From positions 1 to 24,446 of the IMG/VR virus record IMGVR_UViG_3300017913_000508: 24,446 nucleotides of DNA; one strand, written 5' to 3'. Of the stretch, positions 7,847 to 15,382 are shown one piece after another. The stretch comes from a virus (lineage: Duplodnaviria > Caudoviricetes). Every line of letters begins with the position of its first letter. Position 1 is the first letter of the stretch. The position numbers were made by a program, and so were the translations under genes. The notes under the pieces were generated by a model. The model was not told the DNA's origin and did not search any database. It was given only the letters and a program-made list of their open reading frames with translations.

Positions 7847-8430
7847 TAGATTGCTTTCCTACTGTCTGCCCAAACTTCACTCTTACCTGCTTTTGCAAAT
7901 TGTTCTGTTGGTAAGAAGAGAGCAATATCCCATTCTGTTGCGTTGACGTATGCAAGTCTACTTCTAAGATGACTATTCAAGTATCTTTTAACACAAGGTT
8001 TGTAACCTTTGAATTTACTTGCACTCTTCAACATATCATATGAAACTCTCATTCTTGTTGTCTCATCAAACTTTCTGTTGCTTGATATTGTGTATAGACC
8101 ATCCATCAGTTTCGCACGAAGAGCGGGTGGTAGATAGTGTAAGTTTAGTCCAAGAAATCCATCTGGGTAAATGTCAGTTACGACTACAAGTGGAAATCTA
8201 TCGTAGTATGGTAATTGCTTTTTACCTTTTGGGTCGTAAAAGAACATATACATTCCACCGACAACTACTTTGCTACGAAGTCTATCTTTGTCGCTTACGA
8301 TACCTTTTCTATTCGCACGACCAACGCCTGCCGCTTGGTCACGAAACCAATTACGGGCAGCCCTAGTTCTCGCAGGAACTTGTCCAGAGCGAATACCTTG
8401 TGCTAATAGTTTGTCGAATACATATGCCAT
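7846..8430 (-). CDS. gp2: T4 gp2-like DNA end protector protein
   Basis: GGMYMFFYDPKGKKQLPYYDRFPLV, GFLGLNLHYLPP..R, KPCVKRYL and WDIALFLPTEQF. Confidence 0.95.
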   Translation of the reverse strand: MAYVFDKLLAQGIRSGQVPARTRAARNWFRDQAAGVGRANRKGIVSDKDRLRSKVVVGGMYMFFYDPKGKKQLPYYDRFPLVVVTDIYPDGFLGLNLHYLPPALRAKLMDGLYTISSNRKFDETTRMRVSYDMLKSASKFKGYKPCVKRYLNSHLRSRLAYVNATEWDIALFLPTEQFAKAGKSEVWADSRKAI

Positions 8431-8435
8431 GTGAC

Positions 8436-8443
8436 TATTTATA
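8436..8443 (-). promoter_or_regulatory. T4-type late promoter (gp55 sigma) for gp2
   Basis: TATAAATA on the - strand, followed by GTCAC-ATG (8430). Confidence 0.8.
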
Positions 8444-8445
8444 TC

Positions 8446-8901
8446 CTATACTTGAAGTTCTTTTTCGGTTAATATTTGAAATTTCCATCGCCTGTCGTCA
8501 CAAAATTCTTTAGCGGCTTTCCATTTTGCTTGGTTCACTGCATAAGTTTTCGCTTCTTTGATAAAACGGGTTGACACTCGACCACTAGGTGTGTTATACT
8601 TATTCTTAGGGTCAGGTGGTGTGAGTTGTTTCTTAGGTTTGACCTCAATGAGTATGACTTGCTTCTGCCCCGTCTTTGTTCGTACTTTAATCCAGAAGTC
8701 TGGGAAGTATCGATGGTGTTTGTTATCAAGAGGTGATAAGTATGGTATAGCAAGTTCTTCACTACCCCATTCTAGTACATTCACATTTTTGTCGCAGTAA
8801 ACCATGAACTTTCGTTCCCATAAACTACGATAAATTATCTTATCTGTATCACCAATGTACTTTTCTGGGTGCATTGGTTTGTATTTACCTTTGTATGCCA
8901 T
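8446..8901 (-). CDS. gp4: T4 gp4-like head completion nuclease (TnsA-like PD-(D/E)XK)
   Basis: MAYKGKYKP..PEKY.GD...IIYRSLWERKFM, WGSEE, HRYFPDF, IEVKP and NQAKWKAA. ATG at 8901 is preferred over TTG at 8904. Confidence 0.95.
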   Translation of the reverse strand: MAYKGKYKPMHPEKYIGDTDKIIYRSLWERKFMVYCDKNVNVLEWGSEELAIPYLSPLDNKHHRYFPDFWIKVRTKTGQKQVILIEVKPKKQLTPPDPKNKYNTPSGRVSTRFIKEAKTYAVNQAKWKAAKEFCDDRRWKFQILTEKELQV

Positions 8902-8912
8902 CAACTCGCCTG

Positions 8913-8920
8913 TATAAATA
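8913..8920 (+). promoter_or_regulatory. T4-type late promoter driving the gp48-gp53 baseplate operon
   Basis: TATAAATA ending 35 nt upstream of the gp48 ATG (8956); SD AGGAG at 8942-8946. Confidence 0.85.
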
Positions 8921-8946
8921 GTGAAGAAACAATAATCCCTCAGGAG

Positions 8947-8954
8947 TATTTATA
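8947..8954 (-). promoter_or_regulatory. T4-type late promoter driving the gp4-gp2-gp26 operon
   Basis: TATTTATA on the + strand equals TATAAATA on the - strand, about 45 nt upstream of the gp4 ATG. Confidence 0.85.
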
Positions 8955-8955
8955 C

Positions 8956-9807
8956 ATGAGTAGAACATGGTCAATCAACGCAGGTCGTATTACATCGACA
9001 TTACAAAGACTTGCCGCACCATTACGAAATACTGATATTATGTCATTTGGTGGTGGGTCAGTTGGTGGTTCACAGCCAGGTGGAACTCCAGGTCCTCTAA
9101 TGGTTTTCACTGTTCAGAAACTATCCCCAACCCAATATACGACAGACGGACAATCTTCAAACTCTATCGTTAGACGTAACACAGTTCCTGGTGCTTCTAT
9201 ATCTTTGTATTTGCCTGCTGAATTAGCAGTAACTTATAGTACGCAATATGAAGAAATGGAAATGGGTTCTGTTCTTGGTGCATTAGATGAAGGTGCTATG
9301 GCAGGACTTGGTGCCGCCACTTCTAAACTCGCAGACAATGCAAGAAAGATGTTGGGTGAAGCAACTGGTCTTGGTGAGGGTGTTGCCGCATTGAATAAAG
9401 CAAATGAAGGCAAAGCATTCAACCCACAAATGGAATTGCTATTCAAAAATGTAAACTTCAGAACATTCACATTTAACTACAAGTTTCATCCTGCAAATAA
9501 AAACGAAGCCGCAGAGGTTCAGCGAATTCAAAGAACATTCAAGCAGAATATGCTACCAACAATTAATGCAGGTTCAGGTTACTTTGACTATCCTGCAATG
9601 TTTAGTTTAGAGTATCGCTCTGGTGTTGGTTCAGATGACTACTATCATAAGTTTACAAAAATGGTATTGACTGATATGACTATTAACTATGCTGGTACAG
9701 GTGTTGCATCACAGTTTTATGATGGCGCACCAGTTGAGAGTGATATGTCTCTTCAATTCAAAGAAGTAGAATTCTTAACGGCAGATATGATTGCAGACGG
9801 ATATTAA
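8956..9807 (+). CDS. gp48: T4 gp48-like baseplate tail-tube cap
   Basis: ISLYLP, NPQMELLFKNVNFRTFTFNYKF.P.N..EA and VLTDMTINY...GAPV...MSLQFKE. The start was moved from 8869 to ATG 8956 because of the SD and promoter. Confidence 0.88.
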   Translation: MSRTWSINAGRITSTLQRLAAPLRNTDIMSFGGGSVGGSQPGGTPGPLMVFTVQKLSPTQYTTDGQSSNSIVRRNTVPGASISLYLPAELAVTYSTQYEEMEMGSVLGALDEGAMAGLGAATSKLADNARKMLGEATGLGEGVAALNKANEGKAFNPQMELLFKNVNFRTFTFNYKFHPANKNEAAEVQRIQRTFKQNMLPTINAGSGYFDYPAMFSLEYRSGVGSDDYYHKFTKMVLTDMTINYAGTGVASQFYDGAPVESDMSLQFKEVEFLTADMIADGY

Positions 9808-9809
9808 AA

Positions 9810-10568
9810 ATGGCTACGAAACTTTTTCAAAACTACCCACAAGTTGATTATAACCTATCTGGTGATGGAAGAGATATCCAAACGATTAGAAATATCATGC
9901 TTAGAGCAAAGATTAAAGATAGCGTTAAAAACAATGTCGGAACTTTCATTGACTATGAAATAAAAGAAATGCAAACCCCACAAGAGATTGCAGATAAAAT
10001 CTACGGTGACCCAGATTTATTTTGGTTAGTATTTATGATGAATGATATTACTGACCCATATTATGACATGCCTTTGGGTTCAAGACAACTTGAAAAATAT
10101 ATCGACAAAAAGTATCCCGGACAATATTACTCTGTACAATCTTACAGCGGAAACATTCTAGTTAGTTCGACATTAACTGGTCAGACTTCAGGTGCAGTTG
10201 CAGAAGTTTTAGAATGGGACCCAACACTTTTGAAAATTGTTGTGAAGTTTCGTTCTGGTAAGTTTACACTCAACGAACAATTGGATTCTACAAAGGTACA
10301 CAATGGGGTTGACATCACTGGTGAAGTTCTTCTAGGTGGTCAAACTAAATTGAATAAGTTTGGTATACATCACTATGAAAATCTTTCAACTGGAGAGTAT
10401 TTGGGTAAAGCAGATTACAATGAATTACCAGTTACAGATAAAAGAGAAGTTGATAACTATACCTATGAACAAGAGTTGAATAATACAAAAGCACAGATTA
10501 AACTTTTGAAGCCTGAATATGTTCAGCAGGTCGTTCAAGAAATAGAAACTATTCTTAGAAGGACTTAA
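9810..10568 (+). CDS. gp53: T4 gp53-like baseplate wedge protein (LysM-like)
   Basis: Y.IKE.QTPQEIADKIYGDPDLFWLVFMMNDITDPYYDMPL, IHHYE and NYTYEQELN..K..IKLLKP. Confidence 0.92.
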   Translation: MATKLFQNYPQVDYNLSGDGRDIQTIRNIMLRAKIKDSVKNNVGTFIDYEIKEMQTPQEIADKIYGDPDLFWLVFMMNDITDPYYDMPLGSRQLEKYIDKKYPGQYYSVQSYSGNILVSSTLTGQTSGAVAEVLEWDPTLLKIVVKFRSGKFTLNEQLDSTKVHNGVDITGEVLLGGQTKLNKFGIHHYENLSTGEYLGKADYNELPVTDKREVDNYTYEQELNNTKAQIKLLKPEYVQQVVQEIETILRRT

Positions 10569-10571
10569 CAT

Positions 10572-11906
10572 ATGGCGCAGGGTATTGAAAGACCAGGTGA
10601 TTATAAACTTCACACTTTAGATTTGTATGCTACGAAAGATTTTGAAGGTCCACCTGTCGACCTATCACAGTTGTTTTTAGAGTTTCACGTTTTCGAAGAT
10701 AGTAATCGTGCATTCATGTATGGTCATATTACTATCCAAGATGCTATTGGTTTGTACAGCAAATTGCCCATTCTTGGTGAAGAGATGTTACATCTTAAAT
10801 TTGAAACACCAGGAACAAACAAGGTGATTGAGATGGAAGCAGATGTTTATCGTGTTGAAGGTAGACAGAGAATAGGTAATAACTCACAGTTCTATGTTCT
10901 TCACTTTGTATCGAAAGAGTTTATTCAAGGAATTCAAACACCAGTTTCTCGCTCATATAAAGATTTGACCTCTGATGAAATCGTCACAGAATTTTACGAT
11001 GAGTACATGAAGTGGGAAGACTATAAGTTTATAGAACCAAAAGAATTACACACTGAAGTTATGCAAGACAAGCAGTGGGTTGTTTTTCCATACTGGTCGC
11101 CAGAGAAGTGTATGACCTGGTTAGCATCTAAGTCAGTTTCAGAAGAATACTACGAAGGTGAACCTGTATTGTTCTTTGAAGACAGAAGAGGTTTTCATTT
11201 TAGAACAATGGCACAACTTATACATGATGAAGATGTAAAGCCTGGTGGTGCAGGAGAAGAAAAGATTTATTATTCTAATCAACCATCAGAGCCAGGTTCA
11301 ATCGAAGCGGGTTCTGCAAATGCACTAAGAATTTCAGACTTTCGTGTTGTTAACAGTACAAACACAGTTGAGAGAATGGTCAACGGATACTACAAGAATA
11401 AGTCGATTAACGTAGACTGGGAGAGACACCAGATACATGAAAAAGACTACAACATTGTTGAAGACTATGATATCAATAAAAGATTGACTGACCCTCAGTT
11501 TGCTTTTGGTACAGAAACATTCATGCAGAATGTCAAACGGGATTCGCATATCAAACTTGTATCTACAAGATGGGCGCAAAGAGATGACCCAGGTATCGCA
11601 GGTCTCACAGAAGAAACATATGACTTTGACAGATTTGAACATCTAGGTAAAAGAACTCATAGGTCATTTCAAGGAATTATTGTCGAATGTACGATACCAG
11701 GAAACACTGTTCGTAAATTGTTTGATACGGTTGATGTTGCAGTGTATGAACCAGACGCAACGACTGGCGCTTCTCAGGTGTTGGATAAATACTTGAGTGG
11801 AAAGTATTACATCAATGCTATACACCATATTTGCACCCCAGGTGCTTATGAGCATAGTATTGAGATTGTCAAAGATACATTAGATAAACCATTAGGAAGA
11901 GAGTAA
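10572..11906 (+). CDS. Probable gp27-like baseplate hub protein
   Basis: FED....MYGHITIQD, LPILGEE, Y.LHFVSKE, FFEDRRGFHFR, IPGN and DKYLSGKYYINAIHH. It lies between gp53 and gp5. Confidence 0.75.
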   Translation: MAQGIERPGDYKLHTLDLYATKDFEGPPVDLSQLFLEFHVFEDSNRAFMYGHITIQDAIGLYSKLPILGEEMLHLKFETPGTNKVIEMEADVYRVEGRQRIGNNSQFYVLHFVSKEFIQGIQTPVSRSYKDLTSDEIVTEFYDEYMKWEDYKFIEPKELHTEVMQDKQWVVFPYWSPEKCMTWLASKSVSEEYYEGEPVLFFEDRRGFHFRTMAQLIHDEDVKPGGAGEEKIYYSNQPSEPGSIEAGSANALRISDFRVVNSTNTVERMVNGYYKNKSINVDWERHQIHEKDYNIVEDYDINKRLTDPQFAFGTETFMQNVKRDSHIKLVSTRWAQRDDPGIAGLTEETYDFDRFEHLGKRTHRSFQGIIVECTIPGNTVRKLFDTVDVAVYEPDATTGASQVLDKYLSGKYYINAIHHICTPGAYEHSIEIVKDTLDKPLGRE

Positions 11907-11907
11907 G

Positions 11908-12750
11908 ATGAAACTATCACTAAAAGAGTGGATTGATGTTCAGATGGTCGAAGACTATCAATCCCTACAAGAAAAACTAATCATGTACAACAACGGCAAG
12001 AGATATGGTCAGATTGTGTTTCTTGCTGGTGGTGCTGGTTCTGGTAAAGGGTTCGCTATTAAGAACTTTATGGAAGGCGACAAATTCAAAATTCGTGATG
12101 TTGACGAATGGAAAAGAGCAATGATTAAACTTGCACAGGAGAAGAATAAGAATCCTGAACTTGCGAAGTTAAACTTGCGTAATCCAAAAGATGTTTTCAA
12201 ACTACACACTGTAGTTAAGAACTTAGGCATCAAAGACAAGACACTCGACCTTTTGCTTACTGACCTTAAGCAAGATAGACTACCTAATATTATCTTTGAC
12301 ATCACTCTAAAAGAAATCGGAGATATCACAGAAGTTCTTCCTCGATTGATTGAGGCTGGCTACGATGCAAAGAATGTACACTTGACTTGGGTTCTAACAA
12401 ACTATCGTGTTGCAGTTAAAAACAACTCAGAGCGTTCTCGTGTTGTTCCAGAAGATATTCTTCTTCAGACACATGAAGGTGCATCAAAAACAATGGCTCA
12501 GATTATCAAAGGTAAAACCCCCAACGGATTGGATGGTAAGATTGCTGTTATTCTGAATAATCCACAACACACAGTTTTCTTTGATACACCAAACACTCAA
12601 GGTAAGAAAGTTATCAAAGACTTCTTATATGTGACAGTTAAAAAAGAAGGCAAGCCATTTGACAGTGAAGACAAAATTCAAAAGCAAGTATTTGCGTGGA
12701 TGAAAGACAACATCCCAAAATCTAAAGAGACGAGAGACCTCTTTAAGTAA
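11908..12750 (+). CDS. P-loop kinase, zeta-toxin/AAA_33-like
   Basis: Walker A IVFLAGGAGSGKG, IRDVDE, IIFDIT and lid-like N.ERSRVVPEDIL..H. Confidence 0.8.
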   Translation: MKLSLKEWIDVQMVEDYQSLQEKLIMYNNGKRYGQIVFLAGGAGSGKGFAIKNFMEGDKFKIRDVDEWKRAMIKLAQEKNKNPELAKLNLRNPKDVFKLHTVVKNLGIKDKTLDLLLTDLKQDRLPNIIFDITLKEIGDITEVLPRLIEAGYDAKNVHLTWVLTNYRVAVKNNSERSRVVPEDILLQTHEGASKTMAQIIKGKTPNGLDGKIAVILNNPQHTVFFDTPNTQGKKVIKDFLYVTVKKEGKPFDSEDKIQKQVFAWMKDNIPKSKETRDLFK

Positions 12751-12764
12751 AATAGGAGTATATT

Positions 12765-12932
12765 ATGACAAGCAAAGAAAAAAGAGATGCTATCAAAGGC
12801 ATCACCATGCAAGAGTTAATTGACCGTGGTGAAGTAGACCAGTTCGCTCATTTAGAAGAGTTATCTGATAAACAAGATAGTGAAACAAAAAAATTTAGCG
12901 ATTGGGTAAGGGATGGCGAAAAGCAAGACTGA
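12765..12932 (+). CDS. Hypothetical 55-aa charged protein (not in the ORF track)
   Basis: SD AGGAG, then ATG 12765: MTSKEKRDAIKGITMQELIDRGEVDQFAHLEELSDKQDSETKKFSDWVRDGEKQD and TGA. It fills the gap and overlaps the gp5 start. Confidence 0.75.
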   Translation: MTSKEKRDAIKGITMQELIDRGEVDQFAHLEELSDKQDSETKKFSDWVRDGEKQD

Positions 12933-13845
12933 TTTTCTTGGACTAGGCGGATTCGTCTGGTTCCAAGGTGTTGTCGAAGATAGACAAGACCCGCTTCAGA
13001 TTGGGCGGTGTCGTGTGCGTTGTATTGGCTGGCACACATTTGATAGAAGTCTTATCCCAACAAACGAATTACCTTGGGCGCATCCTCTTTCACCAGTAGG
13101 TTCTGATGACGCAGTGACCCCACCAAAAGAAGGTGACTGGGTATTCGGTTTTTTCAGAGATGGTGAAGAGGGGCAACAACCAGTATACATGGGTATGATT
13201 CCTTTCGTTAGCACACCACAGTCACAAATTCAAGCACTACTTGGTGAAGAAAGTGCAGAGAATGGTGCAGACCGAGAATTAACACTTATCCCAAATGACC
13301 CAGTGGCTGATGTAAGAAATGGTGCGAATGGCACAGACGGAACTAGAGGTTCGAGTAATCCTTCGGGGCAAGGTCGAACTACAGGTAACCCATCAAATGG
13401 TGGAAAGCCTGCTAGTGGGGGTGCATTATTTGAAGCAAATGGTACGCAGTCTGCAATGTGTTCTGAAGATTGCGAAGATAACATGAAAGAGACGTTAAAG
13501 AAACATGAACAAATGGAATCTTTTTGCGGCTTTAGCATTACGATAAATGATGCAATCGCAAAGACAGGCACGAGTAGAGAAAGAAGCACTCCAGGTTCTC
13601 AACACTTCAGAGGAAATGCATTAGACTTATCTATTCGTGGTAAGTCAGATGACCAAGCATTGAAAATGGTCGAAGCGGGCAAAAGCGTAGGGTTCACAGG
13701 ATTTGGTTTTGGTAACACAATTTTACACGTTGACACTGGACCTGCTAGACACTGGAACTACGGTAACAGTAGATATGGGGGTGTTCGTGTTTCTCGCTTA
13801 GGTAACTATGTTATCAACGGTGGCACTCTACCAAGTAAGGATTAA
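12913..13845 (+). CDS. gp5: gp5 N-terminal part: OB-fold hub domain plus peptidase M15 (Zn LAS-type) domain
   Basis: WFQGVVEDRQDPLQIGRCRVRCIGWH...LPWA...EGDWVFGFFRDGEEGQQP marks the gp5 OB fold. SQHFRGNALD and ILHVDTG match the M15 SxHxxGxAxD...HxD pattern. Confidence 0.9.
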   Translation: MAKSKTDFLGLGGFVWFQGVVEDRQDPLQIGRCRVRCIGWHTFDRSLIPTNELPWAHPLSPVGSDDAVTPPKEGDWVFGFFRDGEEGQQPVYMGMIPFVSTPQSQIQALLGEESAENGADRELTLIPNDPVADVRNGANGTDGTRGSSNPSGQGRTTGNPSNGGKPASGGALFEANGTQSAMCSEDCEDNMKETLKKHEQMESFCGFSITINDAIAKTGTSRERSTPGSQHFRGNALDLSIRGKSDDQALKMVEAGKSVGFTGFGFGNTILHVDTGPARHWNYGNSRYGGVRVSRLGNYVINGGTLPSKD

Positions 13846-13847
13846 CG

Positions 13848-14858
13848 ATGAAGAGAAGAGCATTTGTAGGACCTGACGATACTCAATATGGCATCAATGA
13901 TGTTGTATATGATTTGGAATCGAATTCTTATTCTCTTCCTGATGGTACCGCAGTCACACCCACAGCATCACCTCCAAGTTTTCAACAGAAGTTTGCTGAA
14001 GACCAAGGTACAGACTTTGTTGCAGGTTCTGAAACTGACGGAACCGCAGATGATGTAACATATACAACAGTGGCGCAGGTCGATGGTAGACCCTCTGGCA
14101 ATGCAACCGAGCCGGGTACAGACTTACCAAGTTCTCGTCCGTCAACATCATCTCACGCAACTGGTAACTCAGTACCAGCACTTATTCAACAGAGATTTGA
14201 TGAAGCAGTAGAAAACAATGCGATGGTTCAAGCGAAGCATCAGCCAACTAAGCCTACTGATGGAGATGGTAATCCAACTGACGATGACCAAGATGACCCA
14301 GTTGAACTAAAAATCTCAGAACCACTTTCTCCCTACAATGCACAATATCCTTACAATGTTGTAAAGGAAACGGAATCTGGTCATGTATTCGAACTAGATG
14401 ATACACCCAGTGCCGAACGTGTCTCATTGACACATAGAACTGGTACATTCTTAGAGATGCACCCAGACGGAAAACGTGTCGATAAAACTCTAAATGATAA
14501 ACACGACTACACAACTGGTGATAGCATTGAGAGAGTAGAAGGTGACACATACAAAATTTTTGATAAGAGTGTTACTATCAAAACAACTGAAGGTACAGTC
14601 ACATTTCAGTTAGAAAGTGGTAGTATGAATATAACACTTAACGAAGGAAATGTCAATCTACATCTCGTAGGTGGCAATCTAAATATGAAGATAGATGGAA
14701 ATGTAAATGAAAATATCACTGGTAATGTTGTCAGAAAAATTGGTGGAAATCTGACAGAAAAAATTACTGGTAATGTTGATAGAACTGTTGAAGGTACAAC
14801 TTCAGATGTAACAACAGGTGATGTGACTATTCAAGGTGCAACAGTTAATATCAACTAA
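13848..14858 (+). CDS. gp5 C-terminal part: beta-helix spike
   Basis: YPYNVVKETESGHVFELDDTPSAERV...HRTGTFLEMHPDG and 8-residue repeats (I.GNV.E.I.GN). It has its own SD TAAGGA at 13836-13841. Confidence 0.9.
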   Translation: MKRRAFVGPDDTQYGINDVVYDLESNSYSLPDGTAVTPTASPPSFQQKFAEDQGTDFVAGSETDGTADDVTYTTVAQVDGRPSGNATEPGTDLPSSRPSTSSHATGNSVPALIQQRFDEAVENNAMVQAKHQPTKPTDGDGNPTDDDQDDPVELKISEPLSPYNAQYPYNVVKETESGHVFELDDTPSAERVSLTHRTGTFLEMHPDGKRVDKTLNDKHDYTTGDSIERVEGDTYKIFDKSVTIKTTEGTVTFQLESGSMNITLNEGNVNLHLVGGNLNMKIDGNVNENITGNVVRKIGGNLTEKITGNVDRTVEGTTSDVTTGDVTIQGATVNIN

Positions 14859-14867
14859 GGAAGAGAA

Positions 14868-15092
14868 ATGAGACCAATTCAAAACAATGTAGCAGGACTA
14901 ATTTTTGCGGCATTAGGTACATACTTTTTGTATTTGGATATGACAACTCCTATGACCATGACATGTGGTGGAATGCATCACGGCAATACACTTTTGGGTG
15001 TAGGTGAAATGACATGGATGTGGTACACAATGGCACTTGTTCATTTCTTTATGCATGATTGTTTATGTGCTAAATGTAGAAAGGTCAAATAA
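14868..15092 (+). CDS. Small two-TM Met/His/Cys-rich membrane protein
   Basis: TM1 VAGLIFAALGTYFLYL, loop MTTPMTMTCGGMHHG, TM2 MTWMWYTMALVHFFMH and tail DCLCAKC. SD AAGGA; TAATG coupling to the PAAR gene. Confidence 0.7.
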   Translation: MRPIQNNVAGLIFAALGTYFLYLDMTTPMTMTCGGMHHGNTLLGVGEMTWMWYTMALVHFFMHDCLCAKCRKVK

Positions 15093-15379
15093 TGCCCGCA
15101 GTAAGTAGACTTGGTGACGTATGTTCGGGACATGGGTGCTTTGGTAGTAGACCAAGTGCATCTGCGGCTTCAACTGTTTTTGTAAACGGAATTGCAGTTC
15201 ATAGATTAGGTGATGCTTGGGATAGCCACTGTTGTGGTCCTGTATGTCACGGCGGTTCAACATCAGGTGCAAGTGCAACAGTTTTTGTTGAAGGAATGGG
15301 AGTTGCGAGAATTGGAGACCCAGTCGATTGCGGAAGTTCAATTGCCGCAGGGTCTGGCGATGTATTCGCAGGAGGATAA
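15092..15379 (+). CDS. PAAR spike-tip protein (T4 gp5.4-like)
   Basis: MPAVSRLGD.CSGH, TVFVNG.AVHRLGD...H and TVFVEG..VARIGD.VDCG...A.GS.DVF.G. Confidence 0.95.
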   Translation: MPAVSRLGDVCSGHGCFGSRPSASAASTVFVNGIAVHRLGDAWDSHCCGPVCHGGSTSGASATVFVEGMGVARIGDPVDCGSSIAAGSGDVFAGG

Positions 15380-15382
15380 TGA

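Noticed and set aside
8446-8901. TnsA-like nuclease as evidence of a Tn7 transposon or homing endonuclease
   Set aside because: Sequence and position next to gp2 match the core head-completion gene gp4, and there are no transposon ends or partner genes.
8869-8955. Extended N-terminus of gp48 given by the ORF track
   Set aside because: It overlaps gp4 and both late promoters. ATG 8956 has a proper SD downstream of the promoter.
12913-15379. Bacterial T6SS/eCIS locus (VgrG-like spike plus PAAR)
   Set aside because: It is embedded among T4 core replication and late genes with gp55-type promoters, so it is a phage baseplate.
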